NCBI GenBank assembly: GCA_028713935.1
Contig: JAQTNI010000004.1
Coordinates: 1 to 32,000, forward strand
Origin: Candidatus Iainarchaeum sp.
Lineage (GTDB): Archaea; Iainarchaeota; Iainarchaeia; Iainarchaeales; GCA-2688035
Direction of reading: 5' to 3'
DNA: 32,000 bases
The notes under the pieces were generated by a model. The model was not told the DNA's origin. It made no database searches and saw only the letters and a program-made list of their open reading frames with translations. Below, in pieces: positions 15,805-24,887 of this stretch (positions are counted from its first letter, which is position 1; every line of letters begins with the position of its first letter). The translations under genes were made by a program, and so were the position numbers.

Positions 15805-17334
15805 ATGTTCAGGAAAAGGCTCGATGCCTATGCCGACATTGAAATTTTTGAGGGCTTTCCGTTTAACCATTACATTGTTTCCGAAACAGGCCTTTCGCCA
15901 AAAGAAAAAACAATTGCGGGCGCCCTGATACAGCTTGCTTCTAGAAAATCTTCTTTTGGAGACCTGGAAACAGCGCTTGGAAAAAACTCTTCTTTGGTTG
16001 AGGACATAAGGCGGAAAATTGTCCAGCCAATTGACGCGGAAGAAATGATTCTCAGGTTTCCAAGCACTGAAAGTGCGGCTTCCATAAAAAATTCCCTTTT
16101 TGAAATTGCAAAAAAATTCGGTTCTGAAAACCCGGAATTGTTTTCGCAGGAAGTCACTGACGAAACAATTGGCTTCAAAAAACTTTCACCTTTGATGAGA
16201 GACCCGAACCTTGAAGAAATAATGGTGAACGGCTTCAACAGGACTGTTTTTGTTTTCCACAGGAAATTCGGGTTTTGCAGGACAAATATTGTTGCAAAAG
16301 AAACAGGCTTCCTGAAAGACCTGATTGAAAGGATTGCCTCCAGTGCAAACAAGCAGCTTACTGAACAGCACCCCTTGCTTGATGCAAGGCTGCCCGACGG
16401 AAGCAGGGCAAACGCAACACTGGAATATGTAACGCCTTTGGGGCATTCCCTTACAATAAGAAAATTCAACCAGGTTCCATTGTCAATTTCAGACATTGTC
16501 GCAAACAAAACAGTTTCAAGCGAAGTAGCTGCTTTCTTATGGCTAATGGTTGAAGGCATGAACATTGAGCCAAAAAACATTATAATAACCGGCGGCACAG
16601 GAAGCGGAAAAACAACTCTCCTCAATGTGCTCGGCTTTTTCATAAGGGCCCATGAAAGAATTGTTTCAATTGAAGACACTCTGGAAATAGACCTTGCAGG
16701 AAGAGAAAACTGGATTCAGATGGAATCAAGGCCAAAACTCAGGGACATAGCGGAAGTTACAATGGACGATTTGCTCAAAAATTCTTTAAGAATGCGCCCA
16801 GACAGGCTGCTTGTTGGAGAAGTCAGGGATGAGGCGGCCCAAACTTTGTTTGTTGCAATGGACACTGGCCATGACGGGATTCTTGGCACTTTGCACAGCA
16901 ACAGTGCAAGGGAAATGCTGTTAAGGCTGAAAAGCCCGCCAATGTCTGTTCCAGAACAAATGCTTCCACTGCTTGATTTTGTAGTTGTAATGCAAAGAAA
17001 CTACAATGACAAAACAGGCGTTACAAGAAGCATAAAGCAGATTGCGGAAGTTTCAAGAATGGACGACAAAGTCCTGCTTGCAAATGTTTTTGAATTAAAC
17101 GACAAAACAGGCCTGCTTGAAAGGACAGACATTCCGAGCCATGTTTTTGAAACCCTTGCGCAAAAATCGGGAATTTCAAAAAACGAGCTGAAAAGAGAGC
17201 TTCTTGTAAGGCAAAAAATCATTGACTGGCTGCAGATACAAAAAATCCATTCAAACAAGGAAGTAAGCGAAATAATCCAGATGTATTATTATGACCCGGA
17301 AGCAATCCTAAAAAAAGTAAGCGGCTCACTCTGA
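15805..17334 (+). CDS. type II/IV secretion-family ATPase (FlaI/ArlI/PilB-like)
   Basis: ORF 15679..17334, plausible ATG at 15805. Walker A is ITGGTGSGKTTLLN. The Asp/His boxes read MRPDRLLVGEVRDEAAQTLFVAMDTGHDGILGTLHSNSA. Confidence 0.85.
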   Translation: MFRKRLDAYADIEIFEGFPFNHYIVSETGLSPKEKTIAGALIQLASRKSSFGDLETALGKNSSLVEDIRRKIVQPIDAEEMILRFPSTESAASIKNSLFEIAKKFGSENPELFSQEVTDETIGFKKLSPLMRDPNLEEIMVNGFNRTVFVFHRKFGFCRTNIVAKETGFLKDLIERIASSANKQLTEQHPLLDARLPDGSRANATLEYVTPLGHSLTIRKFNQVPLSISDIVANKTVSSEVAAFLWLMVEGMNIEPKNIIITGGTGSGKTTLLNVLGFFIRAHERIVSIEDTLEIDLAGRENWIQMESRPKLRDIAEVTMDDLLKNSLRMRPDRLLVGEVRDEAAQTLFVAMDTGHDGILGTLHSNSAREMLLRLKSPPMSVPEQMLPLLDFVVVMQRNYNDKTGVTRSIKQIAEVSRMDDKVLLANVFELNDKTGLLERTDIPSHVFETLAQKSGISKNELKRELLVRQKIIDWLQIQKIHSNKEVSEIIQMYYYDPEAILKKVSGSL

Positions 17335-17342
17335 TTAAATTT

Positions 17343-17876
17343 TCAGCCGAGTTCCACCGAAAAAACCTTTTTGTAAATGCTTCCTTTTGGAGACAATTTT
17401 GATTCCATGAGTTCAAGGCTTTTTACTGCTATTTTTTCCGAAAAATTTTTTGCGCCAAGTTTTTCAAGAACAGCATCAAACTCTTTTTTTGTTGCGCTTT
17501 TGTTCCGTGCAAGAGTAACATGCGCATGAAAATTTTCTTCATCAATGCCTATTGCCTCACACAATTTTTTTGCAAGCAGCTTTACTTCTTCAGAGCCTTT
17601 TCCAATGCCAAGCCACAAAATTCTTCCCTTAAAATGCCTTATTTCGCAAAGCTCTGCCTCAAAGCCTTTAAAATTTTTCAATTGCATTGCTTTTTCCCGC
17701 AATCCAGGAATTTTTTCTTTTGGAAAAAACCCTAAAAAAACCAGTGTAATGTGCAGGTTTTCCCTGCTTGTTTTTCCAAAGCCTTTTTCAGGAATTTCCA
17801 CAGCAAGCTCATTGAAAATTTTTTCTTTCAGCTCTTCGGAAAAATTTACTGCAAAAAACAATCTTGAATTTTCCAT
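17343..17876 (-). CDS. thpR: RNA 2',3'-cyclic phosphodiesterase / 2'-5' RNA ligase (2H phosphoesterase)
   Basis: 177 aa with two HxTx motifs (HITL and HVTL) at the expected spacing. Confidence 0.85.
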   Translation of the reverse strand: MENSRLFFAVNFSEELKEKIFNELAVEIPEKGFGKTSRENLHITLVFLGFFPKEKIPGLREKAMQLKNFKGFEAELCEIRHFKGRILWLGIGKGSEEVKLLAKKLCEAIGIDEENFHAHVTLARNKSATKKEFDAVLEKLGAKNFSEKIAVKSLELMESKLSPKGSIYKKVFSVELG

Positions 17877-18019
17877 TTCAGATTTGAATTATTTTTATAT
17901 TATAAAACTATCTGCAGGGAAGGAATTGCCTGTTTTGCTGTTGGCAATTGTCGAATTTGGGAATATGTTTTTATACGCCTGCAAACACTATTTTTGTTAT
18001 CATCTGAACAGGCGTCAAT

Positions 18020-18466
18020 ATGAAGGGAAGTTTTTTGATTAAGGCAAAAAAAGAGAGTATCATTACTGATAAGGGTGTGAGGGCATTTGTCATGGACCAT
18101 CTGCTGAATTCGCCTTTTCAAAAAGCGAGCGTGACAAATATTGATAAAAAAACTGTTGAAGTAAAATTGGAAGGTGACGAGAAGCAGATAAAGGAATTCA
18201 TTCAAAACCTGCAGAAAGCCCTTGTTGTTGAGTTTGGCAATCCAACAATTTCTTTCACTCCTTTTGAGGAAAATCCTGTTTTGGAAATTCCAGAACTAAT
18301 GCGGGCAAGCCAGGCATTAATGGTTGGGCAATTGCACAAGGGTGTTAATGTGCAGTTGGAAATTTTAGGCGCCTTGAAACAAATGTCTCTCGAATTAAGA
18401 GGGATGTCAAAAGGCTTGAAAGAAATGCTGGGAGAAATTGGAAAAGTTTTAGGCAGGCAACAGTAA
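18020..18466 (+). CDS. hypothetical protein (N-terminal acylphosphatase-like pattern, helical C-terminus)
   Basis: 148-aa ORF. The N-terminal 70 aa loosely follow a beta-alpha-beta ferredoxin-like pattern (VEVKLEGDEKQIKEFIQNL) without the acylphosphatase catalytic residues. Confidence 0.4.
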   Translation: MKGSFLIKAKKESIITDKGVRAFVMDHLLNSPFQKASVTNIDKKTVEVKLEGDEKQIKEFIQNLQKALVVEFGNPTISFTPFEENPVLEIPELMRASQALMVGQLHKGVNVQLEILGALKQMSLELRGMSKGLKEMLGEIGKVLGRQQ

Positions 18467-18473
18467 CCTTTTT

Positions 18474-19067
18474 TCATTTCAATGCCTTTCTGAATTCTTT
18501 TTCAAGCCTTTTTATTGCCTTGCCGTTTTTCTTCATTTTTTCATTGGCTCTTTTGACAAGAAAATCCAGAAATTTTTTTTCCAGGAGAATTTTGCCATTG
18601 CTTTTTACTGGCACTGAAATTCTCTGCGTGCCTTCTATTTCAAACAAAAATTTTCCAGGCTTTGCAACAATAATTCCGCCTCTTTTCACTCCAGCTCTTT
18701 TCATTGCCCCAAGCGCAATATTGGCATTTTCAAGGTTGTTTGTGCCAAGATGCAGTATAAGGGGCTCCATTTTGAACCAGATTTCCCCTGAAGTGTTTTC
18801 TTGCAGCGCATTCCAAGCTTCTTCAGGCTTTACCTGCCTGTGCCATTTCCTGTGAAAATTTGAGCCAAGCTTTTTTTCGTCTTTTTGCAGTTCAAGCAGC
18901 AAAATTCTCCCTGAACAGCAGCTTGAAGTGAAAAAATTTTTTGTTTTTGCAACAAAACTGCACAAGGGAATAAATGCTTCATCAGCTTTTTTTTCCTTTA
19001 CTGCCTTTTCAAATGTTTCTGCATGCCTTTTTTTTGTCATTCCAAACCTTGTCTCTTCAGAGTTCAT
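18474..19067 (-). CDS. taw3: tRNA wybutosine/wyosine biosynthesis methyltransferase Taw3 (TYW3 family)
   Basis: ORF 18474..19133. The hallmark TYW3 motif FFTSSCCSGRILLLE is present. I chose the start at ATG 19067 to avoid overlap with the upstream gene; ATG 19040 is also possible. Confidence 0.75.
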   Translation of the reverse strand: MNSEETRFGMTKKRHAETFEKAVKEKKADEAFIPLCSFVAKTKNFFTSSCCSGRILLLELQKDEKKLGSNFHRKWHRQVKPEEAWNALQENTSGEIWFKMEPLILHLGTNNLENANIALGAMKRAGVKRGGIIVAKPGKFLFEIEGTQRISVPVKSNGKILLEKKFLDFLVKRANEKMKKNGKAIKRLEKEFRKALK

Positions 19068-19095
19068 TGCAAAACCTTCCGGATTTTCCTGTTTG

Positions 19096-20145
19096 CTATA
19101 CCCTTGGGTCAAATTTTTTCTTGAGAATTTCAAAAATTTCCGCGAAAGTTAGCTTTTGCAGGGTTTCTATGGGCTGCAAATCTTTAGGGAGCGGCGCAGT
19201 TCTTACTTTTTCAAAAAATTTGTCCTCGGGCAAATAACTGCCACCTGCCGCAGCAAATAGTTCCCTGAATGTCCAGAAATAATTTTTAAGCATGATTTCT
19301 ATCCTTTGTTTGTAAGATAATTTTTGCATTTCACCTATCGCATTTTGTGTTATTTCAGAAATTCTCGCGCAGAATGAGTTTATTTCTTTGTGGGGCAAAA
19401 GTTTCCCGTCAACTATGCAATAAAGCTGCTTTACTGATTTTGGCCAGTTGCCTTTGCAATTAACATGCTGGAAATTGTCAATGCTGATTTCAAAGCTTTT
19501 TGCTATTTTTTCTATCAGGGACACTTTCTTGAACCAAAGCTCCCTTGTTGCTTCAAGGAAAGGGCTGTCAAAATCAAATAGGTCCATTACAACAAACCGG
19601 CCTTTTTTTGTTTCATACAGCCCATGAATTTCGCAGCCGTTCACTCGCCTGTAGCCATAGACCGTTTCCACAAGCGCAAAAAAATCAAGGTGCAAGCTTT
19701 TTAGTTTTTCCTCGCAGGCTTTTCCATCAAGAGTGGGGATTTTTCCATCAATAATTGAAACAACCTGTTTTTCTGAAAAAACCGCGTTTTTGCCATTCCT
19801 GTTGTAAGGGGTCTGTTTCATTGTTTTGTAGATTGAATAAGCAAGCTCTGCAAATTTTTTTCTTTCCTCCACTCTTAAGATGGAATCACTTTTTCTCCCA
19901 GGCAAAAGCCCCAGATATAAGAGGCGTGACGGCATAAAGAACATCCTTCCTATTTCTTCAATGGTTTTGCCTTGTGCAAGGAGCGTGTTTATTTTGCCAT
20001 ATGCCATTTTGCGTTGCGCTGTTGCGCCGAAGTGTTCTATGTGCCATGCTTCGGCAGGCCAGGAAGTCCAGCCTGATTGCTTGTTCTTCGCAGAGAGCTT
20101 TGCGAAATCACTGATTACCCTGTCTGTAAAATCATCAAATTTCAT
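19096..20145 (-). CDS. hypothetical 349-aa protein, coupled to the stand-alone PEP-utilising swivel domain gene
   Basis: ORF 19096..20169. The ATG at 20145 (MKFDDFTDRV) overlaps the upstream gene's stop by 11 nt. I recognise no family or motif. Confidence 0.5.
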   Translation of the reverse strand: MKFDDFTDRVISDFAKLSAKNKQSGWTSWPAEAWHIEHFGATAQRKMAYGKINTLLAQGKTIEEIGRMFFMPSRLLYLGLLPGRKSDSILRVEERKKFAELAYSIYKTMKQTPYNRNGKNAVFSEKQVVSIIDGKIPTLDGKACEEKLKSLHLDFFALVETVYGYRRVNGCEIHGLYETKKGRFVVMDLFDFDSPFLEATRELWFKKVSLIEKIAKSFEISIDNFQHVNCKGNWPKSVKQLYCIVDGKLLPHKEINSFCARISEITQNAIGEMQKLSYKQRIEIMLKNYFWTFRELFAAAGGSYLPEDKFFEKVRTAPLPKDLQPIETLQKLTFAEIFEILKKKFDPRV

Positions 20146-20464
20146 AAACAAGCCCCCTATTTGCATCAACCACTATTTTTTGACCATCTTTGATTTGTTT
20201 GGTTGCCGTGCGTGTTCCAACTATGCAGGGAATTCCAATTTCTCTTGCAATAATCGCTGCATGGCAAAGAATCCCGCCTGAATCAGTGATGATTGCCGAC
20301 GCCTTTTTTATTAAAGGGACAAAAACTGGCGAAGTAAATTCTGCTACAAGCACATCACCATTTTCAAATTTTCCTGAGAGATTATTTTCGCTTACGACTC
20401 TTGCAATCCCAACGGTTTTGCCTTTTTGCGCTGTAATGCCGCGCAGTATTTCTTTCATTGCCAT
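20135..20464 (-). CDS. stand-alone PEP-utilising enzyme mobile (swivelling phosphohistidine) domain protein
   Basis: The 109-aa product reads GKTVGIARVV...GDVLVAEFTSPVFVPLIKKASAIITDSGGILCHAAIIAREIGIPCIVGT...DGQKIVVDANRGLVY. This matches the central His domain of PEP synthase/PPDK. No ATP-grasp or TIM-barrel domain is attached. Confidence 0.75.
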   Translation of the reverse strand: MAMKEILRGITAQKGKTVGIARVVSENNLSGKFENGDVLVAEFTSPVFVPLIKKASAIITDSGGILCHAAIIAREIGIPCIVGTRTATKQIKDGQKIVVDANRGLVYEI

Positions 20465-21105
20465 ACCTTTTTCCTTTCAAATTTTACTTCCCGGCTTTTT
20501 TCATCCAGTTCAAGCAACAATGCATTGCCGTCTTTTACTGGGCCTGCATTGATGCAGATTGTTTTCCCTATTTTGTCTTCGCCTGCCGCTTCATGGCAGT
20601 GCCCGCACAGGTTCACAATGGGTGAAAATTCCTCGATTATTTTTCTCACTGCCTCAGAGCCAATGTGAACGCCATTGCCCGACAAATCAATTTTCGTGTT
20701 TATGGGGGGAAGATGCGTGCACAAAACAATGTTTTTTTCGCCTTTGCACAATTTTTTTAATTCAGAAAAAATTTTTTCTTCTGAAGAATTTGTTTCTCCG
20801 GCATCTCCTGTTTTGCCGCCTCCGAAGCCAATGAATGCAAACCCTGAAATTTTTTTCTTTTTTGCGTGCAGGGAAATTCCTTTTTCTTCAAATGTTTCAA
20901 GCACTTCTTTTGTGTCAACATTGCCTGGCAAAGCAAGAATTTTTGGAAACCCGATTGTTTCAATTATTTTTTTGGTGTCGCTTATTCCGCCATAATGCGT
21001 GTTGTCGCCAAGCAAAACAACCAAATCAACGCCTTTGGCGTGCTTTAATGCCTTTTCAAGCATTTTCAAGTCGGAATGAATGTCAGCAAAAACAGCAATT
21101 TTCAT
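20455..21105 (-). CDS. calcineurin-like metallophosphoesterase (small, YfcE/MJ0936-like)
   Basis: ORF 20455..21195, plausible ATG at 21105 (MKIAVFADIHSD). Motifs DIH, LLGDN, PGNVD, CTHLPP and CGHCHE are present. Its stop overlaps the start of the next gene by 10 nt. Confidence 0.8.
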   Translation of the reverse strand: MKIAVFADIHSDLKMLEKALKHAKGVDLVVLLGDNTHYGGISDTKKIIETIGFPKILALPGNVDTKEVLETFEEKGISLHAKKKKISGFAFIGFGGGKTGDAGETNSSEEKIFSELKKLCKGEKNIVLCTHLPPINTKIDLSGNGVHIGSEAVRKIIEEFSPIVNLCGHCHEAAGEDKIGKTICINAGPVKDGNALLLELDEKSREVKFERKKVWQ

Positions 21106-21262
21106 AATACCGCCCTTTTCTTTTTCTTTACAAGAAAAATAAAAGTATAGGGTGCCCAAAAGAAAAAGAACCCTAAACTTTTGATAAACAAACAATCACT
21201 GTTCAATAATAACCTTTTTAATGATTTATTTTTATTAAATAATCGTCAGGTTGCGTTTTTAA

Positions 21263-22078
21263 TTGTTAAAGGGGTTTAATTTGTCCAAAGTTTTTTTTGT
21301 CAAAGGGGCTTTTTTTGTTTTTGCAGCAATAATGCTTTTTTCAGCTGCAAGCGCGTCCATCAGCGTTGTCCTGCCTGTCGATGTCAGGCTTGAGAACAAG
21401 GACGAATTTCAATTGGGAAATGTCGCCGTAGGGGAAACCTTCAGCGTTGTTATACAAAAAAAATCCGGCAATGGTTTTGACTGGGATTCGCTTTCAGTAA
21501 ATGGCCCTAACAGCTGGATTGTGAATTACAGGCTGAGCGACAAAACACTGATTGCTGACATTTCAATTCCTGGAAATGCACCTGAAGCAACTTCGATTTT
21601 GACATTTACTCTTTCTTCCTCTGAAAGGCCTTTGGCCAGCGAATCGTTCAAGGGAATAGTTAATGTAAGGAAAAGCCTTTTGGCAGTCACAATGGATGAC
21701 TTAAAACAGTTTGCCGCTGTCGGAGGCAATGTTTCCTACAGGTTTGTCGCAAGCAACGATTCAATTGCAGAGCACAGGATTTCAATTGAATCTTCTTTGC
21801 CGAATTACTGGTTTGAACCAAAAGAGGTAATCCTTCAGCCAAAGCAGAAGCAGGAACTTGCCCTCAATTTGACTCCAAGGGCAGATGGTTCGCGCAATTT
21901 TTCCTTTTTTGTCAAATCAAGGCAGAATTCCTTTTCAAAGTCTTTTAATGCTGAACTGGATGTTTCTTCCACTCTCCAGGGAAAAATTTCAGCGCCTGCC
22001 TATGCCTTCCCGTTTTTTTCCTTTTCCAACTTTGCCTTTTACCTTTTCAATTCTCTCTGGGTAACGCCCTACCCATGA
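21263..22078 (+). CDS. secreted or cell-surface hypothetical protein with C-terminal hydrophobic anchor
   Basis: The N-terminal signal-like segment is GAFFVFAAIMLFSAASAS. The body is beta-rich and the C-terminal hydrophobic stretch is AYAFPFFSFSNFAFYLFNSLW. The start is TTG (21263 or 21281). Confidence 0.55.
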   Translation: MLKGFNLSKVFFVKGAFFVFAAIMLFSAASASISVVLPVDVRLENKDEFQLGNVAVGETFSVVIQKKSGNGFDWDSLSVNGPNSWIVNYRLSDKTLIADISIPGNAPEATSILTFTLSSSERPLASESFKGIVNVRKSLLAVTMDDLKQFAAVGGNVSYRFVASNDSIAEHRISIESSLPNYWFEPKEVILQPKQKQELALNLTPRADGSRNFSFFVKSRQNSFSKSFNAELDVSSTLQGKISAPAYAFPFFSFSNFAFYLFNSLWVTPYP

Positions 22079-22125
22079 ACAATTCTTAAATAATTCCTGT
22101 TTTTTATTAGTTAAAAGGTTTTTTT

Positions 22126-23703
22126 TTGTCCTCTGTAAAAAAATTTTCAAGGCAGATAATTGCACTGGTTGAAGAAGGCAAAATAAAAAACAAGCAGGAG
22201 CTTAATAAAAAAAAGCTTTTTTTGTGCAAAAAATTTTTTTTGAAACAGGTGCCTTCAAACCCGGATATCCTGGCTTTTGCGAAAAACCCAAGCGCTGCAA
22301 CAAGGCGCATTCTCGGGATAAAGCCGACAAGAACCCTTTCCGGAATTGCAATTGTGGCATTAATGCCCCCGCCTTCAAACTGCCCTGGCAAATGCATTTA
22401 TTGCCCCAATTCTTTGATAAAAGAAAAAACACCAAAAAGTTATACTGGCAGGGAACCTGCAACAATGCGCGCAGTAATGTCCGGTTTCAGCGCAAAAAAA
22501 CAAATTTTTGCAAGGCTGAAATCACTGGAAGAAACAGGGCATAACACTGGCAAAATTGAATTGGTTGTAATGGGCGGGACTTTTTTGGCTTCCCCTCTTC
22601 CAAAGCAAAAAAAATTTGTTCTGGACTGCCTGAACACTGTTTCAGGAAAAAAAACTGTTTCGCTTGAAAAGGCGCGCCTCTTTTCCGAAAAATCAGAAAA
22701 GCGCATTGTGGGAATGGCTTTTGAAACAAGGCCTGATTTTTGCGGAAAAAAAGAAATTGGCAATATGCTTTCTTTTGGAGCCACGCGCGTTGAGCTTGGA
22801 GTCCAAAATGTTTTTGACGATGTTTACAAAAAAATAAACAGGGGACATTCAGTTGCGGATGTTGCAAAAGCAACCCAATTGCTCAAAGATTCTTCTTTCA
22901 AAGTAACCTATCATTTCATGCCGGGCCTGCCTGGCAGTTCTTTCAAGAGGGATTTGCTTGGAATAAAAAAAATTTTTTCAGAACAACAATTCAGGCCTGA
23001 TTCATTGAAAATTTATCCCTGCCTTGTAATTGAAGGCACAGAGCTTTTTGAGCAATGGAAAAAAGGCCTTTTTGAGCCGCTTTCAACTGAAAGTGCTGTG
23101 AGGCTTGTTTCAAAAATAAAGGAATTTGTGCCTTCTTATGCGAGAATAATGCGGGTGCAGAGGGACATTCCCCATACTCTTGTAAAGGCGGGAGTGCAGA
23201 AAACAAATTTGAGGCAGCTTGTTGCAGACCACATGCACAAAACTGGCAGAAAGTGCAATTGCATCCGCTGCAGGGAAGCAGGCTTGCTTTCCCTCAAAAA
23301 TGAGCCTGTTTCTTTTCTGGAAAAGGGAAAAATTTTTGTTGAGCCTTATGATGCGAGCAATGGAAAAGAATTTTTTATTTCTTTTGAAAATCCTTCAAAA
23401 AGCGTTTTGTATGGGTTTGCAAGATTAAGAATTCCTTTTCAGCCTTTTCGAAAAGAAATTTCAGCCGAAACCGCTGTTATCCGCGAGCTGAGGGTTTTTG
23501 GAGAATCCCTGCCATTGGCTTCTTCAGAGCCATCTGCTTTCCAGCACAAGGGCCTTGGAAAAATGCTTTTGCAGAAAGCAGGGGAAATTGCGCTTTCTCA
23601 GGATTCAAAAAAGCTCCTTGTAATTTCCGGCTTGGGCGTGAAACAATATTACTTTTCGCTTGGCTTTGAAAGTGATGGCTTTTTTGTTTCAAAAAAACTC
23701 TGA
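22126..23703 (+). CDS. elp3: Elp3-family radical SAM / GNAT tRNA U34 modification enzyme
   Basis: 525 aa. The radical-SAM cluster motif is CPGKCIYCP and the body is Elp3-like (VMGGTF, ETRPD, RVELGVQ). The C-terminal GNAT domain ends in QHKGLGKMLL. The start is TTG. Confidence 0.9.
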   Translation: MSSVKKFSRQIIALVEEGKIKNKQELNKKKLFLCKKFFLKQVPSNPDILAFAKNPSAATRRILGIKPTRTLSGIAIVALMPPPSNCPGKCIYCPNSLIKEKTPKSYTGREPATMRAVMSGFSAKKQIFARLKSLEETGHNTGKIELVVMGGTFLASPLPKQKKFVLDCLNTVSGKKTVSLEKARLFSEKSEKRIVGMAFETRPDFCGKKEIGNMLSFGATRVELGVQNVFDDVYKKINRGHSVADVAKATQLLKDSSFKVTYHFMPGLPGSSFKRDLLGIKKIFSEQQFRPDSLKIYPCLVIEGTELFEQWKKGLFEPLSTESAVRLVSKIKEFVPSYARIMRVQRDIPHTLVKAGVQKTNLRQLVADHMHKTGRKCNCIRCREAGLLSLKNEPVSFLEKGKIFVEPYDASNGKEFFISFENPSKSVLYGFARLRIPFQPFRKEISAETAVIRELRVFGESLPLASSEPSAFQHKGLGKMLLQKAGEIALSQDSKKLLVISGLGVKQYYFSLGFESDGFFVSKKL

Positions 23704-23752
23704 TTTTTGCCTTGGGAAAAAATAATTAAGCCCATTGCACTTATTTTACTGC

Positions 23753-24061
23753 ATGCCTGCACAGGATGACTGGGTTGTTTTTTTGGAATCAAACCCGGTT
23801 TATTGGAAAATTTCCCAGTCCAAAATAATGGTTAATATTTTGAAAGAATTTGCAAATGAAGCGCTTACTCTTGAAGCGCTTTATTTCAAGAATCCCAAAA
23901 TGCCTTTGCCTGAGCTTGAGGAAATCCTTAACACTTTTGTTTCAGTAAGGCTTGTTGTAAAACGCATGATTGCAGGCACAATTGTTTTTGCCTTGACTGC
24001 AGAAGGAAAAAAATTTTTGGAATTATACAAAAAAGCCGAAAAATCTTTTACCATAAAATAG
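23753..24061 (+). CDS. small winged-helix-like hypothetical protein
   Basis: ORF 23735..24061 (TTG), ATG at 23753. The segment LTLEALYFKNPKMPLPELEEILNTFVSVRLVVKRMIAGTIVFALTAEGKKFL has a helix-turn-helix plus wing pattern. Confidence 0.4.
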   Translation: MPAQDDWVVFLESNPVYWKISQSKIMVNILKEFANEALTLEALYFKNPKMPLPELEEILNTFVSVRLVVKRMIAGTIVFALTAEGKKFLELYKKAEKSFTIK

Positions 24062-24147
24062 GCTTTTTCAAAGCAAATTGCCCGGGTTCTTACTAATTTA
24101 TAATAATTATCAATTATAGAATAAATTAATTAATAATCAATTTTTGG

Positions 24148-24504
24148 GTGTTTTTTGTGTCAAAATCCTTGATTGCGGTTTTAGGCGCGGGAAAAGGGAC
24201 CTGGGGTCATATTAACAGGCTTATTTCAGAAGAAGAATGGAGCAAGGCAATTCTAATTTCAAACGAATGGGGCCAGCAGAATTTTTCAGCCGCAAAGCCA
24301 GTTGAATGGGTTCTTGTAAACAACCGTTCAGGCTTTGAAGTGTTGAAAAATGCGATAATGGAAAAGCTGCCTGAAGACGAAATCTGCGTTTCTCTTGTGT
24401 CAGGCAGCGGAAAAGAGCACATGGCAGTGCTTGCTGCCCTTAAAGAGGCAAAAAAAAATTACAAGCTTGTAATTCTTACTGGGCAAGGCACTAAGTATTA
24501 TTAA
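24148..24504 (+). CDS. small Rossmann-like protein, possibly a minimal CARF/DUF1887-like sensor domain
   Basis: 118 aa with a GTG start. Strand 1 plus a Gly-rich loop reads LIAVLGAGKGTWGH. The later segment ICVSLVSGSGKEHMAVLAAL resembles the DxTGGTKxM motif of DUF1887/CARF-type domains. The domain assignment is speculative. Confidence 0.3.
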   Translation: MFFVSKSLIAVLGAGKGTWGHINRLISEEEWSKAILISNEWGQQNFSAAKPVEWVLVNNRSGFEVLKNAIMEKLPEDEICVSLVSGSGKEHMAVLAALKEAKKNYKLVILTGQGTKYY

Positions 24505-24527
24505 TTCTTTGGCATTTCTAATTTTCC

Positions 24528-24887
24528 ATGCTTGAATGGATTCTTTTTTTGGCAATTGTTGTCCTTGCTTTGTTTCTTGTTTTTTTGCTTTACAGGCTGC
24601 AATCCCTCAGGAATTCCCTTTCTGACCTTGAATTCAGGAAAGGCAGCCAGTCAGTAAAATATGGAAAACTTACTGAGCAATGGATTCCTTTTTCAGAAAA
24701 ATTTCCCTTTCCAAGCAATAATTTTCGCTTCCTTGGAAACCCGATTGATGGCATTGCCTTTAATGATGACAAAATTGTTTTCTGCGAATTCAAGGCAAAT
24801 ACAGCGGGATTGAGCGAAAAGCAGAAGCGCATAAGAGAATTAGTGCAGAACAAAAAAGTGGAATGGCTGGAGCTAAGAGTGGAATAA
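24528..24887 (+). CDS. membrane-anchored endonuclease related to archaeal Holliday junction resolvase (COG4741-like, PD-(D/E)xK)
   Basis: The N-terminal TM helix is WILFLAIVVLALFLVFLLY. The nuclease core reads GNPIDGIAFNDDKIVFCEFKANTAGLSEKQKRIRELV, giving a D ... ExK ... Q pattern. Confidence 0.6.
   Translation: MLEWILFLAIVVLALFLVFLLYRLQSLRNSLSDLEFRKGSQSVKYGKLTEQWIPFSEKFPFPSNNFRFLGNPIDGIAFNDDKIVFCEFKANTAGLSEKQKRIRELVQNKKVEWLELRVE

Noticed and set aside
15870-16679. 269-aa minus-strand ORF inside the secretion ATPase gene
   Set aside because: It is antisense to a frame with clear Walker A and Asp/His boxes, and its composition is typical of shadow ORFs.
20455-21105. The metallophosphoesterase as the missing Mre11
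   Set aside because: It is only about 217 aa and lacks the Mre11 capping and DNA-binding regions. It is not linked to rad50/herA/nurA, and it is translationally coupled to a PEP-swivel-domain gene instead.
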